Of a stretch of DNA of 64,000 bases, positions 18,718 to 29,208 are shown piece by piece. The stretch covers positions 32,001 to 96,000 of the forward strand of contig JBJEGD010000004.1 of assembly GCA_051874735.1 (NCBI GenBank). Direction: 5' to 3'. Position numbers and translations under genes: made by a program. This stretch comes from Candidatus Bruticola sp. (GTDB taxonomy: Bacteria > Vulcanimicrobiota > Xenobia > Xenobiales > Xenobiaceae). A model generated the notes under the pieces. The model saw nothing but the letters and a program-made list of their open reading frames with translations. It made no database searches and was not told where the DNA came from. The stretch's first letter is position 1. The number at the start of each line of letters is the position of its first letter.

Positions 18718-19719
18718 TTACTTTTTCAAAGCCTCTGCCACAGAAACGGCGACGGCTACAGTAGCGCCGACCATAGGATTGTTGCCCATACCCAGGAAGC
18801 CCATCATTTCGACGTGGGCGGGTACTGAACTAGAACCGGCGAACTGAGCGTCAGAATGCATACGTCCCATAGTATCAGTCATACCGTAAGAAGCTGGGCC
18901 GGCGGCCATATTGTCGGGATGCAGAGTCCGGCCAGTACCACCACCAGAAGCGACGGAGAAATACTTCTTACCCTGCTCAAGGCACTCTTTTTTATAAGTA
19001 CCGGCCACAGGATGCTGGAAGCGAGTGGGATTCGTGGAATTTCCAGTAATAGAAACATCAACTTCTTCGTGATGCATAATTGCCACACCCTCGCGGACGT
19101 CGTCAGCACCGAAGCAGCGAACCTTAGCACGCTCACCGTTGGAGTAAGCAATTTCTTTCACTATTTCCAACTTGCCAGTAAAGTAATCAAATTTAGTTTG
19201 CACGTAAGTGAAACCGTTAATGCGGGAAATAATCTGAGCAGCGTCTTTTCCTAACCCATTCAGGATAACACGCAGAGGCACTTTGCGGGCTTTGTTGGCG
19301 TTGTTGACAATGCCAATGGCACCTTCAGCAGCTGCAAATGATTCGTGGCCGGCCAAGAAGGCGAAGCATTTAGTGTCATCGCTCAGAAGCATGGCTCCCA
19401 AGTTACCGTGGCCCAGACCAACTTTGCGATCATCGGCTACAGAACCGGGAATGCAGAAAGCCTGAAGACCGACACCGATGAGACGGGCGGCTTCAGCGGC
19501 AGTGGCGGCGCCTTTTTTCAGAGCAATAGCAGCACCTACAGTGTAAGCCCAACAGGCGTTGTCGAAAGCGATCGGCTGAACTTTGCGGACGACATCGTAA
19601 GGAGCGATACCGTACTCATCGCATATAGACTTAGCTTCTTCAATGCCGGAGATGCCGTACTCGGCAAGCACAGCGTTGATTTTATCAATACGGCGTTCGT
19701 AACTTTCAAATAATGACAT
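18718..19719 (-). CDS. GGGtGRT protein (conserved anaerobe protein)
   Basis: SGGGTGRTLHPDN motif; N-terminus MSLFESYERRI. Confidence 0.95.
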   Translation of the reverse strand: MSLFESYERRIDKINAVLAEYGISGIEEAKSICDEYGIAPYDVVRKVQPIAFDNACWAYTVGAAIALKKGAATAAEAARLIGVGLQAFCIPGSVADDRKVGLGHGNLGAMLLSDDTKCFAFLAGHESFAAAEGAIGIVNNANKARKVPLRVILNGLGKDAAQIISRINGFTYVQTKFDYFTGKLEIVKEIAYSNGERAKVRCFGADDVREGVAIMHHEEVDVSITGNSTNPTRFQHPVAGTYKKECLEQGKKYFSVASGGGTGRTLHPDNMAAGPASYGMTDTMGRMHSDAQFAGSSSVPAHVEMMGFLGMGNNPMVGATVAVAVSVAEALKK

Positions 19720-19731
19720 TGCGCTATCTCC

Positions 19732-20424
19732 CTATTCCTGACGAGGATCGACGAATTTGACACCGTCGGCAAAGCGGCCGTAAGTGCCTGTGGCATCCTT
19801 CATGGCCTGGGCGGGTTCAGTACCCTTCTTGATAGCGGCCATCATCTTGCCGATATTAACAAACTCATAACCAATAATGAGGTTGTCGTTATCCAGAGCA
19901 ATACGGGTAACATAACCTTCAGCCATCTCTAAGTAGCGGGCGCCTTTAGCTTTAGTGCCGTACATGGTACCAAGCTGACTGCGTAAGGCTTTGCCCAAAT
20001 CTTCCAGGCCGGCGCCGATGGGAAGACCATCTTCAGAGAAAGCGGTCTGAGTGCGTCCGTAGACGATCTGGAGGAAAAGTTCACGCATAGCTACGTTAAT
20101 AGCGTCGCATACTAAGTCGGTGTTGAGAGCTTCTAATATAGTTTTGCCAGGTAAAATCTCGGCAGCCATAGCGGCGGAGTGAGTCATGCCGCTGCAGCCT
20201 ACGGTTTCAACTAAAGCTTCTTCAATAATGCCATTTTTGACATTAAGGGTGAGTTTGCAGGCGCCCTGTTGGGGAGCGCAGCGGCCTACACCATGAGTCA
20301 AGCCGCTTATTTCGCTTATCTCTTTAACCTGAACCCATTTGCCCTCTTCGGGAATGGGAGCGGGACCGTGATATGCGCCTTTAGCAATCGGACACATGTG
20401 AGACACTTCTGCTGAGTAAATCAT
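19732..20424 (-). CDS. NifU/IscU-N-like Fe-S scaffold protein, partner of GGGtGRT
   Basis: CAPQQGACKLTL, GCSGMTHS and LVCDAIN motifs; ATG 20424 follows GGAG. Confidence 0.9.
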   Translation of the reverse strand: MIYSAEVSHMCPIAKGAYHGPAPIPEEGKWVQVKEISEISGLTHGVGRCAPQQGACKLTLNVKNGIIEEALVETVGCSGMTHSAAMAAEILPGKTILEALNTDLVCDAINVAMRELFLQIVYGRTQTAFSEDGLPIGAGLEDLGKALRSQLGTMYGTKAKGARYLEMAEGYVTRIALDNDNLIIGYEFVNIGKMMAAIKKGTEPAQAMKDATGTYGRFADGVKFVDPRQE

Positions 20425-20726
20425 AGAATTACTCCTTAACTGAAAGAATAGCAAATTACAGCACTACCTGCTTCTGCGAATGGAAGCCTAAGCCCTGCTC
20501 AAAACTTTGTTGCTCCTAGTTAAGCTTTTTTTTGACTAGTAAAAATCTTTAGTGAAAAATTTTATTATGTGACTGAACTTAGTTTAACGGATGTTTTTTT
20601 TCTGAAACAGTATGCGCTTGAGAATAGAGGGCTCATTAAATTTTAGCTATACATTTTTTTATTATTGTCAGCTTTTTTTTATTAATAATTATATATATTT
20701 TTTTTAATAAAACAAAATAATTTATT

Positions 20727-20793
20727 ATTGACTGATTATTTAATTACTATTATATTTACTCTGTATCTTTGGGTTATTGACTGATCATTCAAT
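20727..20793 (+). promoter_or_regulatory. RND-operon promoter with two TetR-type operator copies
   Basis: ATTGACTGATTATTTAAT (20727) and the near-palindrome ATTGACTGATCATTCAAT (20776); the first overlaps TTGACT-N17-TATATT. Confidence 0.65.
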
Positions 20794-20907
20794 TGATACG
20801 TTTCCCTTTATGCGGAACCGCTCCGCGTTTTATGTATATTTCTATTTATATCTTCAGCTAGGAGAGATATTTTTTGCTATTATCTACGGCAAAAATAAAA
20901 AAAACAG

Positions 20908-22362
20908 ATGAATAACAAATACTCTAATCTGCATATTCCTATCGGTATGATTTTGGTAGCAGCTACTCTGTTAAGCGGAAGTGTGGGCTGCAGCCATAAC
21001 AGTTCCAGCGAAGAGAAACAAGATGTTGCTGCCAGCGAAGTTAAATCGAGCAATGTAGAGTTAGCTGCATCTAAACTAGGCAGTATTATAGAAGAAACTA
21101 CTATCACTGGTCATCTCAATGCTATAAACAAAGCTGATATTGTCAGCCGCGTAGCTGGTAGAGTTGTTGGTATTTATGCTCGTGAAGGCGATTTTGTACG
21201 CAAAGGGCAAATTCTAGTCCAACTTGATGATACAGTGCAAAAAAATAATGTCAGTTCTGCTAGGGCCAGTTTAGCTCAAGCTGAAGCTGGACTTAACCAA
21301 GCCTTAGCTAACTATAATGCCTCTAAAACTAAGGTAGGTCAGGCTAAAGAAAATATGGGCATGACTGATGTTTCTTCCGCGTTGGAGGTACAAAAAGCTC
21401 GTCAAGGCGTTATCCAGGCTCAGACGTCTCTGGCCAGTGCCCAAGCTGATTATGACGATGCTTTGTTAAATATGCATCGTCAGCAAGATTTGTATGCTAA
21501 AGATGCCGTTTCCAGTTATGCTAGAGAGCAGGCTGAACTTCGCGAGCGAACTTCTTTCCAAAGCCTTACGGCAGCCAAAAGCGCTTTAAATGCAGCTAAT
21601 GAGAGTTTGCGCATTGCTAAAACTGCTCAGCGTCAGGTAAATATTCTTCATGCCGACGTAAAAACTAGTCGTGACGCCGTTGACCAGGCTGCTGCTTCTG
21701 TAGAACAAGCTAAAGCCAATGTTCAAGCTGCTAAAGCTGCCTACGATTCGGCTCTAACTGACTTACATGATATGGCTATAAAATCTCCTATCGACGGTGT
21801 TGTCACCGCTAGAAATATAGAGGTAGGAGCCTTCGCTTCTGATGGCAGCGGGGCCGTTTTCAGCGTAGTAGATAACAGTAAGTTAGAGATGATTAGCTCT
21901 CTAGATGAAAAGTTTGCTCCCTTCGTAAAAAAAGGCAGCAGTTTAAATTTAAAGACTTCAATAATTAATAATGTTCCTGCTGTCGTAGTCGATGTAGTAC
22001 CAGCTTCCGATCCTACTAGCCATACAATTAAAGTGCGTCTCAATATTGAAAATGACACTAATGAACTTTTAGATGGTACTTACGCCGAAGCTTCCATGCC
22101 TGTTCAGGAACTTAAAGGAATTATTGTTCCTCGTACAGCTGTAAACATGGCTGTAGGTTCTGTATTTGTTATGGAATTTGAAGGAGATGGAGATACGGGC
22201 ACAGCCAAAAAAATTCCCGTTACTATGGTTTACAGCAACGGCAAAGAGGCTTTGGTCAGTGGTATAGAGGCTAATAGAAGGTTCGTGACCTCTGGCGCTT
22301 TAGATATTCTTGACGGCCAGCCCCTTAAGCTCTCCGCTTCTAATGGAGATGAGCAGCAGTGA
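20908..22362 (+). CDS. RND efflux membrane-fusion (periplasmic adaptor) lipoprotein
   Basis: SVGC lipobox, lipoyl motifs EGDFVRKGQILVQLD and IKSPIDGVV, long alpha-hairpin. Confidence 0.92.
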   Translation: MNNKYSNLHIPIGMILVAATLLSGSVGCSHNSSSEEKQDVAASEVKSSNVELAASKLGSIIEETTITGHLNAINKADIVSRVAGRVVGIYAREGDFVRKGQILVQLDDTVQKNNVSSARASLAQAEAGLNQALANYNASKTKVGQAKENMGMTDVSSALEVQKARQGVIQAQTSLASAQADYDDALLNMHRQQDLYAKDAVSSYAREQAELRERTSFQSLTAAKSALNAANESLRIAKTAQRQVNILHADVKTSRDAVDQAAASVEQAKANVQAAKAAYDSALTDLHDMAIKSPIDGVVTARNIEVGAFASDGSGAVFSVVDNSKLEMISSLDEKFAPFVKKGSSLNLKTSIINNVPAVVVDVVPASDPTSHTIKVRLNIENDTNELLDGTYAEASMPVQELKGIIVPRTAVNMAVGSVFVMEFEGDGDTGTAKKIPVTMVYSNGKEALVSGIEANRRFVTSGALDILDGQPLKLSASNGDEQQ

Positions 22363-25300
22363 GTATTTGGGATTTTTGTATTAAAAGGCCAGTCTTCACG
22401 ACTGTGCTAGTTTTGTCACTGATTATGGTCGGTATTATGGGATATACCCGAATGGGTGTAGACCTAATGCCTGACTTTGATATTCCAGTTGTTAACGTTA
22501 CAACTACCTATGTGGGTGCCGATCCAGAAGTTATTGACCAAGACGTTACCAACATCATTGAGGAACAAGTTGGTACTATTGAGGGTATTAAGAGTATTAA
22601 AAGTGTCTCTTATGAAGGCTACTCTTCAATAGTTATTGAGTTCGAGTTAGATCGTGATATCGATGTAGCTACCCAAGAAGTTCGAGACAAAGTATCTAAA
22701 GCTGAGCAGGACTTGCCTACAGCTATCGATCCTCCTTTGGTACAAAAAATCGACCCGGACTCTTCTCCTATACTTTATTTGAGCTTATCCGGAGATATTC
22801 CTTATCAGCGTCTCTCTCAGCTGGCTGACGATGTTCTTCAGGATCAAATTCAAAATATCAGCGGTGTAGGAAGTGTAGATCTGTACGGTTTCCGCGAACG
22901 CAATGTGCGTATTTGGCTTGATGCGGCCAAAATGGAAAAATACAGTATCTCTCCTGCTGAAGTGCTTTCGGCTTTAGGCGCTTGGCATGTGGAACTGCCC
23001 GGTGGCCGTTTAGAAACAGATAAGCGCGAATCTACCATAAAAATGCAAGGCGAATATACAGACATTGAAGAGCTGAAAACCATGACCTTGTCATGGCGCA
23101 ACGGCTCTCCTGTCCGCCTTAAAGATGTTGCCAGAGTAGAGGATGGCGAAGAAGACATCCGCAATTACTCCCGTGAAAATGGTAAACCTTGCGTTACTCT
23201 AGCTGTTATTAAGCAAACAGGTTCTAACACTGTAGGTATTGCTCAGGCTGTGCGCAACATGCTTCCCGAATTGCGCAAATTGCTGCCTCCTAGTGTAACT
23301 TTAGATGTCGCTTACGATACTTCTACCTTTATCAAAGATGCTGTGCAAGGTGTAGGCGATGACTTACTGTTGGGCGGTTTCTTCACGGCTATAGTTATTT
23401 ATCTCTTCCTGCGCCATGTCAAGATGACTATCATCAGCTTGATTTCGATTCCGACTTCATTGCTGGGCGCCTTCGGTTTCATGTACTTCATGGATTTTAC
23501 TATCAACCAGATTACCATGTTGGCTATGTCTTTGGCTGTAGGTCTGGTGATTGACGATACCATCGTAGTTCTGGAAAATATTTTCCGTATGATGGAAGAA
23601 GGCTCGGAGGATGGTGCCGCTGCTGCCAGTAAAGGTACTAGAGAGGTCGCTTTTGCTGTTTTAGCAGCTACTATGACTATCGCCGCTATCTTCTTGCCCG
23701 TAGCTTTTATGGGCGGTATTATCGGGCGTGTATTCTATCAGTTCGGTATAAGCGTGGGTATAGCTATCACTCTTTCTTACTGCGTTTCAATCACGCTTAC
23801 TCCGATGCTATGTGGTCGCTGGTTAAAGCCGGAAAAACATGACAACGTATTTACCAACGCTGTAGGAGCTTTCCTCAGTTGGATGGACCGGACTTACCGC
23901 TCTTGCCTAACGGTAGTTCTTAGCAATCGTTTTACTAGAGTTGTAACTATCTTAGTCGCTTTAGGATGCTTTGCCTTTGGTTTATTCCTCTCTCGTTTTG
24001 TTGGAGAAGAATTCGCACCAAATGCTGATCGTGGATCTTTTATTGTTAAAATAAAAACACCTATTGGTACATCTCTGGCTCTCACCGATGAACGCTGCCA
24101 AGCTTTAACTAAAGTTATCAAGACATATCCTGAGGTAACTAAAACGATGGAAATGATCGGCGATACTCGTACCGGTCAGGTCAATGAGGCGCAGATTATC
24201 GTCGAACTTAAACCTCGTCGTGAACGCCAGAAAACGCAGCAGCAGATTATGGATGAAATGCGTGTTGAGTTCGAAAAAATGGCCGGTGTTACTGCCATTC
24301 CTTCGCATATCCCGACTATGGGTGGCGGCAGTACTCAGTACGATTTGCAGTACGCTTTGCAGGGTGCCAACCTTGATACTTTGGAGGAAATTACTGGTAA
24401 AATTACCCGACTGCTCCAAACTAATAAGGGCATCTGCGATATCGATGACGACTTAGAGTTAATTCAACCTCAAATTTCAGTTTATCCTAAACGTGACAGT
24501 GCTGCTGATGTAGGTTTAACGACCAATGATATTACTACTGCATTGCAGACTATGATGGCCGGCTTCGATGCTGCTAAATTTAAAATTGGCAGTAAACGCT
24601 ACGATATACGTGTTAAGGCAGAAGATAACTTCCGCGAAGACGTCGAGTCTGTGCGTAAGATTTTACTGCGCACTCCTTCCGGCAAAAATGTTTATATGCG
24701 CAGTGTTGCTGATGTGGTAGAAGGTCTTGGACCTAACTGCATTAGCCGTTACGATCGTATGCGTTCAGTAACCATTACGGCTAACGCTGTCTCAGGCGTA
24801 TTGACTAGTGGTCAAGCTGCTGACTGGTTCGAAAGTGAAGTAGGTAAACTGCTGGAAAGTTACCCCGGTTATAAAATTACGGCTGGCGGTATGACCAAAA
24901 ACCAGAGAGAGTCTATGCAGTACATGATGTTCGCTCTGATGAGTTCTATTGTTATTGTGTACTTGGTTTTGGCTGCTCAGTTCGAGTCTTTCATTCACCC
25001 CTTCACTATCATGATGACTTTGCCGTTGGCTTTGTTCGGAGTTTTCGCGGCTCTCTTTATATGTCACGAAAACCTGAGTATTTTTGCTCTAATCGGTATT
25101 ATCATGTTGGTGGGTATCGTAACCAGAAATGGTATTTTGTTGGTAGAATTCGCAAACCAGCTGCGTGAAGAGGAAGGCCTAGATCCGCACTATGCTATGC
25201 TGAAAGCTGGTCCTTTGCGTTTGCGCCCGATTTTAATGACAGCCGTTTCCTCTATGATTGGTGTACTGCCGGTAGCTTTAGGCCTTTCAGAAGGCGGCGA

Positions 25301-25613
25301 AATGCGTTCTGCTATGGGCGTAGCCGTTATTGGTGGTTTGATAACTTCTACTTTCCTTACTTTGTTTGTAGTACCGACTGCCTATATTACCTTCGATGGC
25401 ACTTTAGCCAGAATTACCGCAATTATGCGCCGTTTAGGATTTAAATTTGCCGAAGTTAGTGATAACGCTTCCAACACCGCTTCTTCTGTTACAAGCGGAA
25501 GTAAATCTGGGATCAGTTTGAGCAAACCGGAACTTCCTAAGTCAGGCAAGAGCAGTGAGGATATTCGTCGCGGCAAAGTGATTGATGACTCTGACGATAA
25601 GGAGGTACGCTAA
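22359..25613 (+). CDS. RND efflux permease (AcrB/MdtC family)
   Basis: IKRPVFT, GLVIDDTIVVLEN and RLRPILMT motifs; 1084 aa. Confidence 0.95.
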   Translation: MSIWDFCIKRPVFTTVLVLSLIMVGIMGYTRMGVDLMPDFDIPVVNVTTTYVGADPEVIDQDVTNIIEEQVGTIEGIKSIKSVSYEGYSSIVIEFELDRDIDVATQEVRDKVSKAEQDLPTAIDPPLVQKIDPDSSPILYLSLSGDIPYQRLSQLADDVLQDQIQNISGVGSVDLYGFRERNVRIWLDAAKMEKYSISPAEVLSALGAWHVELPGGRLETDKRESTIKMQGEYTDIEELKTMTLSWRNGSPVRLKDVARVEDGEEDIRNYSRENGKPCVTLAVIKQTGSNTVGIAQAVRNMLPELRKLLPPSVTLDVAYDTSTFIKDAVQGVGDDLLLGGFFTAIVIYLFLRHVKMTIISLISIPTSLLGAFGFMYFMDFTINQITMLAMSLAVGLVIDDTIVVLENIFRMMEEGSEDGAAAASKGTREVAFAVLAATMTIAAIFLPVAFMGGIIGRVFYQFGISVGIAITLSYCVSITLTPMLCGRWLKPEKHDNVFTNAVGAFLSWMDRTYRSCLTVVLSNRFTRVVTILVALGCFAFGLFLSRFVGEEFAPNADRGSFIVKIKTPIGTSLALTDERCQALTKVIKTYPEVTKTMEMIGDTRTGQVNEAQIIVELKPRRERQKTQQQIMDEMRVEFEKMAGVTAIPSHIPTMGGGSTQYDLQYALQGANLDTLEEITGKITRLLQTNKGICDIDDDLELIQPQISVYPKRDSAADVGLTTNDITTALQTMMAGFDAAKFKIGSKRYDIRVKAEDNFREDVESVRKILLRTPSGKNVYMRSVADVVEGLGPNCISRYDRMRSVTITANAVSGVLTSGQAADWFESEVGKLLESYPGYKITAGGMTKNQRESMQYMMFALMSSIVIVYLVLAAQFESFIHPFTIMMTLPLALFGVFAALFICHENLSIFALIGIIMLVGIVTRNGILLVEFANQLREEEGLDPHYAMLKAGPLRLRPILMTAVSSMIGVLPVALGLSEGGEMRSAMGVAVIGGLITSTFLTLFVVPTAYITFDGTLARITAIMRRLGFKFAEVSDNASNTASSVTSGSKSGISLSKPELPKSGKSSEDIRRGKVIDDSDDKEVR

Positions 25614-25614
25614 G

Positions 25615-27492
25615 ATGAATGTCACTATAAATACCGGTCGGTTTGGCCAGTGGCGCATGTCAGCTATCGTCTTGTCATTAGGTCTAGTTTTAGCCGGAGG
25701 TAATCAAAATGCTTGGTCTGCTCCCGACGCAAATGGGGAAGCTGTATCGGGGAAACAAACTGTTACCGTATCTGCAGTTAGAGGCAACTCTTCAGTAGTT
25801 TCCGCAGAGTCTCAAGCTGAAGTCAGAGCCAATCGGGCTGTTCCTAACGAAGCGCTACCCAAGCTTCCGTCTTCAGCCGCTCCGGCTCATAAAATGTATA
25901 ATCCTCAGCCTGTGCCGCAGCCTTCTGAAGCTGCGGCTGCTCCTGACAGCACTCCGGCTGATACTATGCTGCCAGATGATTTAGGCGAGATTCCCAACGC
26001 TCCTAAGTATTCTATGCGGGATGCTATGCGTATGGCTATGAAGAATTCACCTGCGCTCAATTCTGCTAGAGCTGCCTATGAGCAGGCTAAAGGCAGTACG
26101 GAGGAAGCTTATACCGCAGGTAATCCTACTGTCGATTTTAACCTTCAGTATACTCTGACCGTACCTGAACTGTCGGCGGATATGGGCGGCCAAAAATTAG
26201 TTACTAATTATCAGCACAACTATAAAGCCCAACTAGCTATTAATCAGGTTATTTCAACTTTTGGCCGTTTGCATTACTCTGTGTTGGCAGCGCAAATGGA
26301 AGAGTACTGTAACTTGGAAAATTACCGTCAAGCTTTAGAAGCGCAGCTAGCTCTTACGGCCAACAAGTACTTGGAAGTATTGCTGGCTCAAGAAAGTGTA
26401 GTTATTGCTTCTCAGCAGCTGGAAGCTCAGCTTTCCTCCCTGCGTCAGGCTGAAGCTCTTTACAAAGGGGGCACGGTAGCCAAATTTGACGTTTTAAGTG
26501 TCCGCTCTGCTGCAACCTCTGCAGAGTTGGCCTTAATTGAAGCGAAGAATGTACTGCGTTTAGCCAAGGCTTCCCTTTGCAGTGATATGGGACTGCCTAT
26601 CGGGACTGAATTTAACGTTGTGCCGTTTGATTGGCAGAAAATCCCCGATAATGTTGTATCCGGCTATAGTTTGGAAGAGTCGGTAATGGGAGCTTTAGAG
26701 CGCCGTCCGGAAGTTAAGGCTGCTAAGTGGGCCAAGGAGGCTGCTGAAGCTCGTTTAGAGCTTTCCTTAAACAGTCGTAATCCTGTTCTGTCTCTGCAGA
26801 GTAGCCTTGCCAATACTCACTCTACATCAATGTCTAAAGATACTATGTGGGTGACTGGGGTGGTTCTGTCCGTTCCAGTTTACGATGGCGGAGTTGAACA
26901 CGCGCAAAGTAAGCAACTTAAAGCTGCTGTAGATCAGCTTGATGCCAGTTTAGAAACTGTGCGTCGCGGTGTTCGTCTCGATGTAGAGCAGTGTTACTAT
27001 AATCTGAATAGCCGTTGGGAGCGCATTGTCCAAGCTCGCGTTGGTTTAGAACAGGCTGCTGAAGCTTACCGTGTAGCTGAAGTGCGTTATGCTGCGGGGC
27101 TGTCTACTCCGACTGAACTTTTAGATAGTCAGTCTTCTTTAGTCTCTGCCAAGCGCAACTTAGCAACCGCTAAGTACAGCTACTTAGGAGCCAATGTAGA
27201 TTGGATGCTGGCTACTTCCGGAGCTTATCCCTTTGAGGTAGATGGTCCTTTGGATGAGACCGATCTTAAGGCTGATTTAGATGCTTGGTATGTTTCTGCC
27301 GATAGACTGCGTACTCCAGTGTCTAAGCTTATTAATCCAGTGAAGGATGACAATATTCCTAGTGCATTTAAAGAGATTCCTGTCGTTGAGCCTTCACTTA
27401 AAAAGCTTAGCGATCAAATTAAGTCTCAGTCTATCAATGATACTTCTGCAGGTCAGGTTGTAGATAGGAAATCTGACAATCTTGAAAAGTGA
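25615..27492 (+). CDS. TolC-family outer-membrane efflux protein
   Basis: Two OEP repeats (LSVPVYDGG, RYAAGLSTPTELLDSQ) and a signal peptide; ATG follows AAGGAGGT. Confidence 0.88.
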   Translation: MNVTINTGRFGQWRMSAIVLSLGLVLAGGNQNAWSAPDANGEAVSGKQTVTVSAVRGNSSVVSAESQAEVRANRAVPNEALPKLPSSAAPAHKMYNPQPVPQPSEAAAAPDSTPADTMLPDDLGEIPNAPKYSMRDAMRMAMKNSPALNSARAAYEQAKGSTEEAYTAGNPTVDFNLQYTLTVPELSADMGGQKLVTNYQHNYKAQLAINQVISTFGRLHYSVLAAQMEEYCNLENYRQALEAQLALTANKYLEVLLAQESVVIASQQLEAQLSSLRQAEALYKGGTVAKFDVLSVRSAATSAELALIEAKNVLRLAKASLCSDMGLPIGTEFNVVPFDWQKIPDNVVSGYSLEESVMGALERRPEVKAAKWAKEAAEARLELSLNSRNPVLSLQSSLANTHSTSMSKDTMWVTGVVLSVPVYDGGVEHAQSKQLKAAVDQLDASLETVRRGVRLDVEQCYYNLNSRWERIVQARVGLEQAAEAYRVAEVRYAAGLSTPTELLDSQSSLVSAKRNLATAKYSYLGANVDWMLATSGAYPFEVDGPLDETDLKADLDAWYVSADRLRTPVSKLINPVKDDNIPSAFKEIPVVEPSLKKLSDQIKSQSINDTSAGQVVDRKSDNLEK

Positions 27493-27505
27493 GCTGAGGT
27501 GTACT

Positions 27506-28084
27506 ATGGCAACTGATGAAAATACAGAGCGTTATCACAGGCGTCGGGAACAGCTGCTCGACATTGCTACTAATTTATTCGCTAAGTATGGTATAGACGG
27601 TACTACTACCAAAGATATTGCTGAAGCTGCCAACGTCTCTCCTGGTCTACTTTATCACTATTATAGTTCTAAAGAAGATCTGCTGGTCAGCGTTATCCGC
27701 CGTTTTCGTGAGGAAAGGTGTATGCGCAGGGATACTGAAGAGCTGAAAGCCTGCTGTGAATTGCCCTTAGATGAAGGTTTGAAGCTTATTGTGACTGGAA
27801 TGAAGGAGTATGTCAGCAAAAATCGCGATCTAATTTGGATTATTCTGAGATCGGCTGCTACCTTCCCTTCAGTTCATAATCTTCTTGAAGAGTTTGACCA
27901 ATCGGACTACAGTGGTCTGATCTCTTTTTTAGAAAAAAAGATCAAAGCTGGTGAAATCAAGAATATTGATCCCTTTATGGTCACTAAAGCTTTGCGCCAC
28001 ATTGTAGTTATGTCTAATTATTATACGAGTGAATTAGATGTTGATAAGTTAGTTGATATTTTCTTAGATGGTGTTAGAGCTTAA
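27506..28084 (+). CDS. TetR/AcrR family regulator
   Basis: HTH TTTKDIAEAANVSPGLLYHYYSSKEDL. Confidence 0.92.
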   Translation: MATDENTERYHRRREQLLDIATNLFAKYGIDGTTTKDIAEAANVSPGLLYHYYSSKEDLLVSVIRRFREERCMRRDTEELKACCELPLDEGLKLIVTGMKEYVSKNRDLIWIILRSAATFPSVHNLLEEFDQSDYSGLISFLEKKIKAGEIKNIDPFMVTKALRHIVVMSNYYTSELDVDKLVDIFLDGVRA

Positions 28085-28105
28085 CTTTGGTTCCCTTGAC
28101 TAATT

Positions 28106-28152
28106 AAAAAGTAGGCTTCTCCGTATTGTTGCGGAGAAGCCTACTTTTTTTT
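28106..28152. terminator. Strong intrinsic terminator, possibly bidirectional
   Basis: AAAAAGTAGGCTTCTCCG / CGGAGAAGCCTACTTTTT. Confidence 0.85.
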
Positions 28153-28598
28153 GCTTCAGAAGACTTCGCTCCAAGTAAGCTGGCGTCTAATTTTTGAGAA
28201 ATGGTTTGCAAAGTCGAAGAGATTTCATTAATGTCAGAGTTCGCAAGAGCTACTGTCAAAGTCAATAAGTAAGCGGCCATATTATTACATATATTCTCTT
28301 TATTTTCCGGCATAGGCAAATCGCCATCGTTTGTTTATAAGCAAATGGGGTACTTCGTTAATTAGGTAAATGTGGGCGGAGTGTTCTACTGTTTTAGCAA
28401 TTTTTATCTGTTGGTCTTTGCTCAATTTTTTATAATCATATGGCAACATTATTCAGGTAAGAGCCTGTCTTCTTGGGGATATTTGTTTTGTTTTTCACAA
28501 AATAGCTGGCAACAATTTTTAGTCTGCAAAGGAAGAAGAGTACTATTAGGGAACTTCCCAAATGATAGAGTTACAATTCAAGCGGAGTTGGATAGAAC

Positions 28599-29075
28599 TT
28601 GAATGTAAAAACGGGTAATAAGGAAAAAAACGGAACTGAAGATCCCGTAGAGGTAAAAGCAGAAAGTGGCAAAGTCGGTTTGCCAAGTTTGCTTAGCAGC
28701 GCCAACAACAGTGTTTCTCCTTGGTTGGCGGTGAGTTTTTCTCTGTTTATTTATCCTGGAGCTGGCCAAATTATGAATCGCCGTCCTGGAAAGGCGGTAG
28801 TTTTTGGCCTAATTTTTACTGTTTTAGCTGGTTTAGCTTGTTACTATTTGGTTAATGGAACGCTAGATTTTTTGGTACCGGAGCTGCGTTCTGGCGCCGA
28901 ACAGCGTATGCAGACCTCGGCTTTATGGGGGCTTAACGCCACATTCAGTGCAGCTGTGTCTTGGGGAGCACTCTCTTTGGCCATCTATTTATGGTCTGCT
29001 CTTGACGCTATGCTCGATAGCAGACGTTTAAGAGAAAAAAAGTATGAGTCAAATTCAGCTAAGTCTGAAGATTAA
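28599..29075 (+). CDS. Small membrane protein (PGxGQ / TM2-DUF5683-like)
   Basis: SLFIYPGAGQI motif followed by hydrophobic helices. Confidence 0.6.
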   Translation: MNVKTGNKEKNGTEDPVEVKAESGKVGLPSLLSSANNSVSPWLAVSFSLFIYPGAGQIMNRRPGKAVVFGLIFTVLAGLACYYLVNGTLDFLVPELRSGAEQRMQTSALWGLNATFSAAVSWGALSLAIYLWSALDAMLDSRRLREKKYESNSAKSED

Positions 29076-29208
29076 AATTAAATAATTTTTGAAGAAAAAC
29101 TATTTTTTACTTTCTTATTTTATTACTCTGCGGTGGGACAGTTTAGTCTGTCTCTGACGCAGATTTTTTTTGCCAAATTTGTTAAGCAAGATAAACTTGG
29201 AGAAGAGT

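Noticed and set aside
20908-27492. RND/TolC operon as the exporter of the hydrolases or the RTX-like protein
   Set aside because: The permease is AcrB-type small-molecule efflux, not a T1SS ABC transporter; only the TolC could be shared
28104-28602. 71-aa minus-strand and 76-aa plus-strand ORFs between tetR and the membrane protein
   Set aside because: No recognisable motifs or good ribosome-binding sites, and the minus ORF runs through the terminator; cannot be supported, though not excluded
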